Shown here: piece after piece, positions 22,548 through 32,399 of the stretch | Position numbering within the stretch: the first letter of the stretch is position 1 | Layout of the letters: every line of letters starts with the position of its first letter | DNA from: Salinivirgaceae bacterium | GTDB taxonomy: Bacteria; Bacteroidota; Bacteroidia; Bacteroidales; SZUA-534 | Reading direction: 5' to 3' | DNA: 64,000 nucleotides | Assembly: GCA_024405635.1 (NCBI GenBank) | Contig: JAKSOL010000007.1 | Span: forward strand, 32,001-96,000 | Notes under the pieces: generated by a model | Told to the model about the DNA's origin: nothing | The model's input: only the letters and a program-made list of their open reading frames with translations | Databases searched by the model: none | Program-made: the position numbers and the translations under genes

Positions 22548-23780
22548 GTGAAAAGTCGCATTTTAACAATAACTGGCCTACTTGCGTTTGTTGCAATTGT
22601 AGGAGCCTACGTAGGCATTAATTACTTGAAAGGTTTAAGTGTGTTTAGTCATGCAAACACTTATGTTGTATCGTACTCGCGCATCGACGGTTTGCAAAAA
22701 TCGGCTCATGTGGTGGTCAATGGTTTTCAAATTGGTAACGTAAGCAACGTTTATCTCGATCCCGACCATTCGGGCAACATTACTGTTGAACTTACTGTAA
22801 ATCAACAATACACCATTCCTAAAGCGTCAACTGCAAAAATCTACAGTAGCGACCTTATGGGCACCAAAGCTATTGAGATTATTTATAGCACCGACACTGC
22901 AATGATGCAAAACGGCGACACCTTACGTGCCGACTTTGAAGGCAGCCTTACCGAAATGGTTAGCGTGCAAATGCTTCCACTTAAAAACAAAGCCGAAGAT
23001 TTGATTAAAGAAATGCAAGAGGTAATGGCTATCATTTCGTACATTTTTAATTCCGAAACTCGACAAAACATTACCGAAAGCTTTAGTCACATTAGAGCTA
23101 CAATTGCTCATCTCGAAATGTCGTCAATTGCTCTCGATACCATCGTTTCGGGTCAGCAACGTCGCATCAATCGCATTATGTCAAACGTTGAGCAACTTGC
23201 GCAAACTTTGGGCAACCAATCGGACAATATCAACCAATCGTTGCAAAACATTGCAGGCATCACTTCCGATTTAAACAACGCCGATTTGCAAGGTTTGTTA
23301 TTGTCAATCGACACTGTTGCTCAGTCGCTTAAAACGGTGCTTGCTACTGTTGAGCAAGGGCAGGGCACTGTTGGTAAACTTATGGCCAACGATACACTTT
23401 ACTACAACATTCAGAACCTTTGTGCTAGCTTAAACAATCTTACCGACGACCTTTATGCTAATCCGGGCAAATACATCAATGTGTCGATGATTGGTAAAAG
23501 CAAAAGCACCGTTGTCGCTCCCGACCAAACGCCTATTGAGGGCAACTCTTATTATCGAATTTGCTTAATGTCATCGCGCACCGAATTGCAAACTACCGAC
23601 AAGGTTTTTGCTGGTTACAATGTGGTTCGTTATGCTACAAACGGCACTTATCACTATTTGTATGGCAACTACAAAAAGCAAAACAAAGCTTCCGACGATT
23701 TGGCTGAAATAAAAGCTAAGTTCCCTCAAGCTTGCCTTGTTGAAATGCGAGGTGGCTTTATTGTCGAATTCTTGAAGTAG
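22548..23780 (+). CDS. MlaD/MCE family protein with C-terminal extension
   Basis: N-terminal TM, GLQKSAHVVVNGFQIGNV MCE motif, coiled coil, GQGTVGKL. Confidence 0.85.
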   Translation: MKSRILTITGLLAFVAIVGAYVGINYLKGLSVFSHANTYVVSYSRIDGLQKSAHVVVNGFQIGNVSNVYLDPDHSGNITVELTVNQQYTIPKASTAKIYSSDLMGTKAIEIIYSTDTAMMQNGDTLRADFEGSLTEMVSVQMLPLKNKAEDLIKEMQEVMAIISYIFNSETRQNITESFSHIRATIAHLEMSSIALDTIVSGQQRRINRIMSNVEQLAQTLGNQSDNINQSLQNIAGITSDLNNADLQGLLLSIDTVAQSLKTVLATVEQGQGTVGKLMANDTLYYNIQNLCASLNNLTDDLYANPGKYINVSMIGKSKSTVVAPDQTPIEGNSYYRICLMSSRTELQTTDKVFAGYNVVRYATNGTYHYLYGNYKKQNKASDDLAEIKAKFPQACLVEMRGGFIVEFLK

Positions 23781-23831
23781 TTTTTGCTTGTTGGCTCAAA
23801 ACCTTGAGTCTTTGTATTTTGGTTTATACAC

Positions 23832-23867
23832 AAAAAAAAGCCGGCAACTTAAAAGTGTCGGCTTTTT
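23832..23867. terminator. Bidirectional terminator
   Basis: AAAAAAAGCCGGCA...TGTCGGCTTTTT between convergent genes. Confidence 0.65.
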
Positions 23868-23907
23868 CAACTAATAAACATTTATGAAGTGATTCGGCTA
23901 TCAAGTG

Positions 23908-24627
23908 TTAAATAGAGCGCTTTTCAACAAATTCGTTAAAAATGTCTTTGTACTTGTCGGCAACAATAATCATTTCACCGTTAATAACCACGTGGTTGCG
24001 TTCAATGGCTTCAATGGCATTAAGCGCAATGATAAACGAGCGGTGAATGCGCATAAAACGGTCGGCAGGTAAATTCTCCTCAAGCGTTTTAAGGCTCATA
24101 AGCGTAAGCAACGGGCGTTGGCGCGATTTGGTCCAAACCTTAACATAATCTTTCAAACCCTCAAAGTAATACACATCGTCAAAGTCGATGCGAATTTGTT
24201 TGTAGTCCGATTTTATAAAAATGTAGTCGGCTGCAACTTGAGGTTTTTCGTCGGCTTGTTTTACTAATTTAAACCATTCAAGAGCTTTGTTTGCTGCGGT
24301 AAGAAACTCGTTGTAGTCAAACGGCTTAAGAAGGTAGTCAAGAGCATCAACCTTAAACCCGTCAACGGCATATTTGTCGTAAGCAGTAGTAAAAATGATG
24401 CGGCAGTTTTTGTTAATTAGCATTTTCGACATTTCCATACCAGTTAAACCAGGCATTTGAATGTCAAGAAAAAGCAAATCAACTTGGTTTTGGTTAACAA
24501 AGTTAAGCGCATCCAAACCGTTGCTGAATTTGCCTTTTAGTTCCAAAAACGCAGTTTTGTTAACATAGTCTTCAATCAAGTCGAGCGCCATTGGCTCGTC
24601 GTCGGCAATGATGCAAGTAATGTTCAT
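23908..24627 (-). CDS. LytTR-family response regulator
   Basis: DDEP, FLDIQMP receiver; FMRIHRSFII LytTR motif. Confidence 0.92.
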   Translation of the reverse strand: MNITCIIADDEPMALDLIEDYVNKTAFLELKGKFSNGLDALNFVNQNQVDLLFLDIQMPGLTGMEMSKMLINKNCRIIFTTAYDKYAVDGFKVDALDYLLKPFDYNEFLTAANKALEWFKLVKQADEKPQVAADYIFIKSDYKQIRIDFDDVYYFEGLKDYVKVWTKSRQRPLLTLMSLKTLEENLPADRFMRIHRSFIIALNAIEAIERNHVVINGEMIIVADKYKDIFNEFVEKRSI

Positions 24628-24630
24628 AAT

Positions 24631-25656
24631 CTACACTGTTTCAATTGATAAATATGCGTGGTAGCAATCGTTTTCAATATAAGTCTTAAACTCGTGCTTG
24701 TTTGGATAAAGCAACAAAAGTTGTTTGCTAAGGTTTTCAATTCCTATCGATGCCTTTTCGGTAAGGTCGGCACTCTCTTGTTTAACGTATGGGTTTTTTG
24801 ATGTAAAGGTTATTCTTGTTCCTTCAATGCTAATGTTAAATATGAGTTGCGATTTGCCTTGAGGCAATATTCCATGTTTAAACGAGTTCTCAATAAGCGA
24901 AATAAACATAAGCGGTGCAACTGTAATGCCGTTGGTCGAAGATGGAAAGTTTACTTCAACTTCGGTGTGGGCAGCTGTACGCAGTTTCATTAAGTCGATG
25001 TATTTGCTCATAAAGTCAATTTCTTTGCTAAACTCAACGCGTTCTGAGTTGGTTTCGTAAAGCAAATAGCGCATCAGTTTACTCAAACTAATTAGGGTTT
25101 CTTTGGCCTTTTCGGGCGAACGGTCAACTAACGAGTAAATGTTGTTGAGCGAATTGAAGAAAAAGTGGGGTTGTAGTTGGTATTTAAGGTGTTGCAGTTC
25201 TGACATAAGACGTTTGTTGTCGTTGTCGCGCTGTATTTGTTCCATGTTCTGTAGCCGCGAGTAAGTGCGTATAGCTAAAGCTATAAACAATGGCATAAGC
25301 AACGATATTGCGTTAAAGTAGAACATGTACGAGTTAAACATTGGCCTGTCCATTCCTGGATGGAAAATGTAGTGGCGCAGAATGCTCATTAAGTACGAGC
25401 ATGCAAACAATGCGGCAATGTTTATTATTACAAATAATATCTTCTTGTTGTTAAAGAAAAACTTTTTGATGAAGTAGAAGTAGTTGACATAAAACACTAC
25501 GGCATAAAAAGCAGTGTTAATCCACGAGTGTTCAATTAAAGCTCGCCACCTAAAAGGTTGTGCGCCGCCTAACATAAACATTGCTGGTATGCCTAACATT
25601 GCAATCCACACTAGCAAGTGGCTAATAATAATGGTTGGAGTTCCTGGTTTATTCAT
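24631..25656 (-). CDS. LytS/YehU-type sensor histidine kinase
   Basis: QLQPHFFFNSLNNIY, LIENSFKHG, four N-terminal TMs. Confidence 0.9.
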   Translation of the reverse strand: MNKPGTPTIIISHLLVWIAMLGIPAMFMLGGAQPFRWRALIEHSWINTAFYAVVFYVNYFYFIKKFFFNNKKILFVIINIAALFACSYLMSILRHYIFHPGMDRPMFNSYMFYFNAISLLMPLFIALAIRTYSRLQNMEQIQRDNDNKRLMSELQHLKYQLQPHFFFNSLNNIYSLVDRSPEKAKETLISLSKLMRYLLYETNSERVEFSKEIDFMSKYIDLMKLRTAAHTEVEVNFPSSTNGITVAPLMFISLIENSFKHGILPQGKSQLIFNISIEGTRITFTSKNPYVKQESADLTEKASIGIENLSKQLLLLYPNKHEFKTYIENDCYHAYLSIETV

Positions 25657-25881
25657 ATTTCTTATTATAACAAACGTACGAATGTATTGGTTTGCTATTA
25701 GTTGTCCTAAAAATATAGAAGTTTGGGCAAAATTGAACTATAAAATGGCTGAATGTGTTGCACATTTTTAATGTTGCTTTGTTCCAAAACTAAAGTTTTT
25801 GAATGGGTTTAGAATAATGTAACCTTGCAACTAAATAATTGATATTGGTAAAATATTGTTGGATTTTATTGAAAAAGTTGC

Positions 25882-25909
25882 ATAAAAGTAAAATGTACTT
25901 TTATATTTG
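25882..25909 (+). promoter_or_regulatory. Palindromic operator overlapping a Bacteroidota -7 promoter element upstream of the NrtR-gal operon
   Basis: ATAAAAGTA-N5-TACTTTTAT (25882-25904) overlaps TATATTTG (25902-25909, TAnnTTTG consensus). Confidence 0.6.
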
Positions 25910-25995
25910 TAGTAGCACATTAAAGATGTGTGGCTATAAATATAAACGATTGATAATTAAATAAATAGGGTAAAAATAAAAGGCCCATTTACATA

Positions 25996-26685
25996 ATGAG
26001 AACATCAGAAGAATACGAAATGCAAGAACGTCAGTTGGTGTCAATTGACTGCGCAATATTCGGCTATCACGAGGGCGAACTTAAACTATTGCTTTTTCAT
26101 CGCGAAAAGGAACCTATGATTGGGCATTGGTCGTTGGTTGGTGGCTGGGTTAATGGCAACGAGTCGGTTGACGATGCTGCGCAACGTGTTTTGCAACGCA
26201 TAACAGGCCTTAACCACATATTTATGGAGCAAGTGTCGGTTTTTTCTGATCCACAGCGCGATTCGGGTGGCCGCGTAATAAGCGTGTTGTTTTACTCGCT
26301 TATTGTGCTAAACGAGCAAACAATGGCTTTGTCAAACGAGTTTAATGCTCAATGGTGTTCGGTAAACGATTTGCCACAACTTATTTTTGACCATAACCAA
26401 ATGGTTGACCAAGCATTGGCTAAATTGCAGCAAAAGGCAAGTTACTCGCTAATTGGTCGCGAATTGTTGCCTCAAAACTTTACTATAACTCAGTTGCGCA
26501 GTCTTTACGATTCTATTTTCAATAGAACTTTCGATCCGGGCAATTTTCGTAAAAAAGTTTTGTCGCTTGGTGTGTTGCAACGTCTTGATACAAAAGATAA
26601 TAGCGAGTCGCGTAAAGGCGCTTATTACTATTGTTTCAACAATAACATTATTCCTGAATTATCTGGAAACATAATAAAACTATAA
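25996..26685 (+). CDS. NrtR-family (Nudix + winged-helix) transcriptional regulator
   Basis: SIDCAIFG, WSLVGG, RDSGGRVIS, LIFDH, FTITQLRSLYD, NFRKKV. Confidence 0.9.
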   Translation: MRTSEEYEMQERQLVSIDCAIFGYHEGELKLLLFHREKEPMIGHWSLVGGWVNGNESVDDAAQRVLQRITGLNHIFMEQVSVFSDPQRDSGGRVISVLFYSLIVLNEQTMALSNEFNAQWCSVNDLPQLIFDHNQMVDQALAKLQQKASYSLIGRELLPQNFTITQLRSLYDSIFNRTFDPGNFRKKVLSLGVLQRLDTKDNSESRKGAYYYCFNNNIIPELSGNIIKL

Positions 26686-26697
26686 ATCTGCATAAAT

Positions 26698-27837
26698 ATG
26701 GGCATACAACAGAAATTTGTTGAGTTATTTGGTTCAGAACCAGTAATGTTTGAGGCTCCTGGTCGTGTTAATCTTATAGGCGAGCATACTGATTATAACG
26801 AGGGTTTTGTTCTTCCTGCGGCAGTTGACAAGGCTATAAAGTTTGCAATAAAACCAAACTCTGTAGGTAAATATCGCTTTTATGCTTTTGATTTAAATGA
26901 GTCGTTTGAAACGGCTGATAACCAAATACATAAAAGTAATACTGCGTGGGCAAATTATTTACTTGGTGTTATTGCTCAATTTGAAAAAGATGGAAACATG
27001 GTTCCCGCATTTGATTGCGTGTTTGGAGGCAACGTACCATTGGGAGCAGGCATGTCATCGTCGGCAGCCATTGAGGTTGGTATGGCGTTTGCCATTGATG
27101 TTACTTTTGGTTTTGGATACAACCGTTTACAACTTGTAAAATTCGCCCAAGAGGCTGAGCATGAGTATGCTGGTGTTAATTGCGGTATCATGGATCAATT
27201 TGCATCAATGTTTGGCAAAGCAGGACACGTAATAAAACTTGATTGCCGAAGCCTTGAATATCGCCATTTCCCTCTCGATATGTCGAAATATATGCTAGTG
27301 TTGGTAAACACAGGTGTAAAGCATTCGCTTGCTTCGAGCGAGTACAATAAACGCCGAGACGAGTGCGAAACTGGCGTGTCGGTTATTGCAAAGCATTATG
27401 CTAATATTAAGTCGCTACGCGATGTTACACTTGATATGCTTAATGACCATAAAGCCGAAATGGGCGATGTGGTTTACAAACGTTGCTCGTATATTGTTGA
27501 GGAAAATGCAAGACTTGAGGCCGGTTGTGAAGCTTTGAGTAGAGGAAATTTTGAAGAATTTGGTCGCTGTATGTTTGGTTCGCATGCGGGTTTACGCGAT
27601 AAATACGAGGTTAGTTGCTCTGAACTTGACACGTTGGTTGAAATTGCAAGCAAATCGGCAGGTGTACTTGGTTCGCGCATGATGGGCGGAGGCTTTGGTG
27701 GTTGCACCATTACACTGATTAACAAGAAAAATGTTGCTGAATTTGAAGCCACAGTTCGTTCGCAGTATCAAACTCCCGATGGCAAACAACCTGATATTTT
27801 TGAAGTTGTGATTGCTGATGGTGCACATCTTATTTAA
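26698..27837 (+). CDS. galK: Galactokinase
   Basis: APGRVNLIGEHTDYN, GAGMSSSAA, RMMGGGFGGC. Confidence 0.96.
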   Translation: MGIQQKFVELFGSEPVMFEAPGRVNLIGEHTDYNEGFVLPAAVDKAIKFAIKPNSVGKYRFYAFDLNESFETADNQIHKSNTAWANYLLGVIAQFEKDGNMVPAFDCVFGGNVPLGAGMSSSAAIEVGMAFAIDVTFGFGYNRLQLVKFAQEAEHEYAGVNCGIMDQFASMFGKAGHVIKLDCRSLEYRHFPLDMSKYMLVLVNTGVKHSLASSEYNKRRDECETGVSVIAKHYANIKSLRDVTLDMLNDHKAEMGDVVYKRCSYIVEENARLEAGCEALSRGNFEEFGRCMFGSHAGLRDKYEVSCSELDTLVEIASKSAGVLGSRMMGGGFGGCTITLINKKNVAEFEATVRSQYQTPDGKQPDIFEVVIADGAHLI

Positions 27838-27867
27838 TTGTTAATTAGCATTTTATAACATTTTGAA

Positions 27868-28905
27868 ATGGATTTTACCGAAACAACACACCGTCGATTC
27901 AATCAGCTAAACGGCGAATGGGTATTAGTGTCGCCACATCGTGCAAAACGACCATGGCTGGGGCAAGTTGAAAAAACTACACCCGATAATCGTCCGTCGT
28001 ACGATCCTAAATGCTATTTGTGCCCAGGTAACACTCGCTCAGAAGGTGCAGTTAACGACAATTATACTAGTACATACGTTTTTACTAACGATTTTAGTGC
28101 TTTGTTGCCAAATTCTGAAACGGGCGTTTACAAAGACAATTTGTTGTTGGCCGAAGCTGAACGTGGCATTTGCAAGGTTATTTGCTTCTCGCCCAATCAT
28201 AGCCTTACTGTTCCCGAAATGACAGTTGAAGCCATTGCGCATGTTATTCAAGTGTGGATTGAGCAATTTAAGGAACTGGGCTCGATGAATTTTATCAATC
28301 ACATTCAAATTTTTGAAAACAAAGGCAGCATAATGGGGTGCAGCAACCCGCATCCACATGGCCAAATTTGGGCGCAATCAACTGTGCCAGTTGAAGTTAG
28401 CAAAGAGCAAGCACACCAACAGGCTTATTTTGATGCAAATGGCCGCACTTTGCTCGAAGATTATGTGGCACTTGAACTTGAAAAACGCGAGCGCATTGTG
28501 GTTGAAAACGACACTTTTGTTGCTTTAGTACCTTTTTGGGCAACTTGGCCATTCGAAACAATGATTCTTCCAAAGCGAGCAGTGCAAAATATTACTCAAC
28601 TAACTGATAAAGAACAAGTTGATTTTGCCGATTGTTACAAACGCTTGACCGTAAAATACGATAACCTTTTTGAGGTCTCGTTCCCGTATTCGGCAGGTGT
28701 GCATCAAGCTCCAACCGATGGCGCTAATCATCCAGAGTGGCATTTGCACATGCATTTTTATCCACCATTGTTGCGATCGGCTACCGTTAAAAAATTTATG
28801 GTAGGATATGAGATGATGGCAAATGCTCAACGTGATTTAACTGCCGAACAAGCAGCTGCTAGGTTGAAAGATTTGTCAGAAGTGCATTATAAACAAAAAA
28901 TGTAG
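27868..28905 (+). CDS. galT: Galactose-1-phosphate uridylyltransferase
   Basis: HRAKRPW, CYLCPGN, FENKG...[10 protein letters not shown]. Confidence 0.96.
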   Translation: MDFTETTHRRFNQLNGEWVLVSPHRAKRPWLGQVEKTTPDNRPSYDPKCYLCPGNTRSEGAVNDNYTSTYVFTNDFSALLPNSETGVYKDNLLLAEAERGICKVICFSPNHSLTVPEMTVEAIAHVIQVWIEQFKELGSMNFINHIQIFENKGSIMGCSNPHPHGQIWAQSTVPVEVSKEQAHQQAYFDANGRTLLEDYVALELEKRERIVVENDTFVALVPFWATWPFETMILPKRAVQNITQLTDKEQVDFADCYKRLTVKYDNLFEVSFPYSAGVHQAPTDGANHPEWHLHMHFYPPLLRSATVKKFMVGYEMMANAQRDLTAEQAAARLKDLSEVHYKQKM

Positions 28906-28940
28906 ATAATCTTGGTTATATAATTAAAAATCAATATAAT

Positions 28941-29978
28941 ATGAAAGGTAAAATTTTAGTAACAGGAGGTACGGGCTACATAGGTTCGCATACAGTGGTT
29001 GAACTTATTGAGCAAGGTTACGAGGTTGTGATTGTGGACAATCTGTCGAACTCAGAGCGTGAGGTAGTTGACCGCATTGAAAAGATTACTGGTGTTAAGC
29101 CAAAGTTTTACGAGTTCGATTTAAAAGATCAGCTAAAGGTTGACCAATTGTTTGCAACCGAAACAGGCATAAATGGTATTATACATTTTGCAGCATCAAA
29201 AGCTGTTGGCGAATCGGTACAAATGCCATTGGTTTATTATCGCAACAACCTGGTATCGCTTGTAAATTTATTGGAAGCAATGCAAAAATATAACGTGCCA
29301 AACATTGTATTCTCGTCATCGTGTACAGTATATGGCCAGCCCGACAAGTTGCCTGTTGACGAGTCGGCTCCAATAAAGCCAGCCGAGTCGCCTTATGGCT
29401 ACACAAAACAAGTGTGCGAGAATATTTTGCGCGATTCAATTCGTGCATTTGCAGGATCGGTTCATGGTATTGCGTTGCGTTACTTCAACCCAATTGGTGC
29501 GCATCCTTCTGGTTTAATTGGCGAGTTGCCTCGCGGTGTGCCAAATAACCTTATGCCATACATCACCCAAACAGGTTACGGTATTCGCGAGCAATTGAGC
29601 GTGTTTGGTGACGATTATAATACTCCCGATGGTAGTTGCATTCGCGACTATATTCACGTTGTTGACCTTGCAAAGGCGCATATTGTGGCCATCAATCGTA
29701 TGATTTCAGGTAAAAACAAAGCCGATTTTGAGATGTTTAACATTGGTACCGGCAATGGCTATTCGGTATTCGATATTATTAAATCGTTTGAGCGTACCTC
29801 AGGCAAAAAACTGAATTACAAAGTAGTAGGCCGTAGAGCTGGCGATATTGAGCAAATTTGGGCCGATACTACTATTGCAAACAACGAGTTAGGTTGGAAA
29901 GCACAACTTACAATCGACGATATGACTCGCTCGGCTTGGCAGTGGGAGTTGAATTGTCGCGAAAAAATGCAGAAATAG
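28941..29978 (+). CDS. galE: UDP-glucose 4-epimerase
   Basis: GGTGYIGSH, YGYTK, LRYFNPIGAH, RDYIHV. Confidence 0.96.
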   Translation: MKGKILVTGGTGYIGSHTVVELIEQGYEVVIVDNLSNSEREVVDRIEKITGVKPKFYEFDLKDQLKVDQLFATETGINGIIHFAASKAVGESVQMPLVYYRNNLVSLVNLLEAMQKYNVPNIVFSSSCTVYGQPDKLPVDESAPIKPAESPYGYTKQVCENILRDSIRAFAGSVHGIALRYFNPIGAHPSGLIGELPRGVPNNLMPYITQTGYGIREQLSVFGDDYNTPDGSCIRDYIHVVDLAKAHIVAINRMISGKNKADFEMFNIGTGNGYSVFDIIKSFERTSGKKLNYKVVGRRAGDIEQIWADTTIANNELGWKAQLTIDDMTRSAWQWELNCREKMQK

Positions 29979-30186
29979 AGTTCGTTTTTAGGTTGTTACT
30001 AAAGCCGCTTGTGCAATTGCAGAGCGGCTTTTTTATTGTCTATTTATTGATAGTTTGTGCCAAAAACAATTGGTTAGTATGCTGGGGCTTTTGGTTGATT
30101 ATTGGTTGATGCCTTTTTGCCAAAATAATAGTGTATGTTGGTTATAGGTGTTATTTTAGCGGCATATCATTAAACAACAATCAAAA

Positions 30187-31749
30187 ATGAACAACAATCA
30201 TCCAAAAGGACTAATAGCAGCCGCTTTAGCTAACATGGGCGAGCGTTTCGGTTACTATATCATGAATGCCGTATTGCTGCTATTTCTTTGCTCAAAGTTT
30301 GGCTTGAGCGACCAAACAAGCGGAATAATCTATTCGGTTTTTTATGCGCTTATTTATGTTTTGAGTCTTGTAGGTGGCATTATTGCCGACCGAAAACAAA
30401 ACTACAAGGGAACCATTATGTCGGGACTTATTGTAATGGCTGTAGGGTATGTGTTGTTGTCGGTTCCAATAATGGCAACATCGTCAAATATGGTTTGGCT
30501 ACTACCATTTACGTGTGCAGCTTTGCTTATGATAGCTTTTGGCAATGGTATGTTTAAAGGTAATTTGCAAGCTATTGTTGGTCAAATGTACGACAACTAC
30601 GAAGCTGAAGCAGCAAAGCAAGGCGAAGAGGCTTTGCGCATAGCAAAAAGTAAACGCGATTCGGGTTTTCAAATATTCTATGTGTTTATAAACATTGGTG
30701 GTTTGGTTGCTCCATTTGTAGCGCCTTTGCTACGCGGTTGGTGGCTTAGTCAAAACGGATTGGCTTACAATGCAAGTTTGCCTGCACTTTGCCATAAGTA
30801 TATAAACGATGCGGCAACAATGAATCAACTTGAATTGTCGAATCTTACAACACTTATTGAACAAGTTGGTGGCTCGGTGAACAACATGACTGATTTTTGT
30901 ATGCAGTACCTGAATGTATTTAACACCGGAGTGCATTATTCGTTTGTTGCATCGGTAGTAGCCATGCTTATTTCACTTGTTATTTTCATTTGCACAAAGA
31001 ATTTGTTTCCAACGCCTGCCAAAAAAACAGCAACAGTGGCAGTGGAGTACACCGCTGACGAAAAAGCTGCAATGGCTGCCGAAATAAAACAGCGATTATA
31101 TGCGTTGTTTGCAGTGCTTGGCATTGCCATTTTCTTTTGGTTCTCGTTCCATCAAAATGGGCAATCGTTGTCAGTTTTTGCTCGCGATTTTGTGGTCACA
31201 TCTTCTATTCCTCCTGAGATTTGGCAAGCTGTTAATCCGTTTTTTGTAATAGTACTTACTCCAATTATCATGTTGATATTCGGTTCGTTAAGTCGAAAAG
31301 GTAAAGAAATATCAACACCAAAGAAAATAGCTATTGGTATGGGCATTGCAGCTCTTGCATACCTGTTTTTGGCTGTGTATGCAGCTGTTCAGTCATATCC
31401 TTCGGGAAACGCTTTTCGTGCAATGGATGTGGCAGCACAAGACCCAATGAAAGCAGGACCTTGGGTACTTATAGTTACTTACTTTTTCCTTACAGTTGCC
31501 GAGTTGTTCATTTCGCCTCTTGGTTTGTCGTTTGTGTCAAAAGTGGCGCCTAAAAACTTGCAAGGGCTTTGCCAAGGTTTGTGGCTTGGTGCTACAGCAG
31601 TAGGTAACTTGCTAATATGGATAGGTCCGCTTATGTATAACAATTTTGAACACCAATCAATGTGTTGGATAGTTTTCCTAGTTGTTTGCATAATATCAAT
31701 GGGTGTTATGTTTGGTATGGTTAAATGGCTTGAACGTGTTTGTAAGTAG
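30187..31749 (+). CDS. Proton-dependent oligopeptide (POT/PTR) MFS transporter
   Basis: ERFGYY, FYVFINIG, AELFISPLGLS. Confidence 0.9.
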   Translation: MNNNHPKGLIAAALANMGERFGYYIMNAVLLLFLCSKFGLSDQTSGIIYSVFYALIYVLSLVGGIIADRKQNYKGTIMSGLIVMAVGYVLLSVPIMATSSNMVWLLPFTCAALLMIAFGNGMFKGNLQAIVGQMYDNYEAEAAKQGEEALRIAKSKRDSGFQIFYVFINIGGLVAPFVAPLLRGWWLSQNGLAYNASLPALCHKYINDAATMNQLELSNLTTLIEQVGGSVNNMTDFCMQYLNVFNTGVHYSFVASVVAMLISLVIFICTKNLFPTPAKKTATVAVEYTADEKAAMAAEIKQRLYALFAVLGIAIFFWFSFHQNGQSLSVFARDFVVTSSIPPEIWQAVNPFFVIVLTPIIMLIFGSLSRKGKEISTPKKIAIGMGIAALAYLFLAVYAAVQSYPSGNAFRAMDVAAQDPMKAGPWVLIVTYFFLTVAELFISPLGLSFVSKVAPKNLQGLCQGLWLGATAVGNLLIWIGPLMYNNFEHQSMCWIVFLVVCIISMGVMFGMVKWLERVCK

Positions 31750-31856
31750 TTCATTTACAATAAAATAAAAGCGCTAACGGTGTGTAGCCGTTAGCATTTT
31801 TTTCAAAGTAGTTGCATGGCTTTATTAATTCACAATCGAAAAAACTAAAATTTGAA

Positions 31857-32399
31857 ATGTTTATAGCTCGCGAAAAAAAGAGAACCAATATTGGCGAATA
31901 CTTCTTGTACATGTTTCAAATTGAAGATATGATACGAGCTTGTAAGTTCGATTCTCAACTTATTGAGCAATATATACTTCCTCGTTATCCGTCTGATCCA
32001 GCAACGCGTTCGCAAATAGGTCAGTGGTATTTCGATTTGGCAGCAATGATGATAGAGGAGCATATTGAACAATCTGGCCATTTGCTAACCATTCGCAACA
32101 AGATTGACGAGGTTTTTGATTTTCACCAGTATTTGCTAACCAATAAAAAAGAAGGTGCGTATCAGCTTGAATTTGAGCAAGTTTGTCCGATTTTGTGTGA
32201 ATTGCAAGCTAAGCAAACAAGTGAGCAAACCGACCTTATGGTGGCGCTAAACGCCATTTATGGCATTGTGTTGCTCAAAATGCAAAACAAAACAGTGTCA
32301 GCAGAAACCTTGTCGGCTATTACACAACTTTCCAAATGGATTGGAACACTATCGCTTCGGTTTAAAGAATATGAGGAAGGCGAGTTTAAATTAGAATAG
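31857..32399 (+). CDS. DUF4924-like conserved Bacteroidota protein
   Basis: MFIAREKKRTNIGEYFLYMFQIEDMIRA; ATG at 31857 preferred to the upstream TTG. Confidence 0.7.
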   Translation: MFIAREKKRTNIGEYFLYMFQIEDMIRACKFDSQLIEQYILPRYPSDPATRSQIGQWYFDLAAMMIEEHIEQSGHLLTIRNKIDEVFDFHQYLLTNKKEGAYQLEFEQVCPILCELQAKQTSEQTDLMVALNAIYGIVLLKMQNKTVSAETLSAITQLSKWIGTLSLRFKEYEEGEFKLE

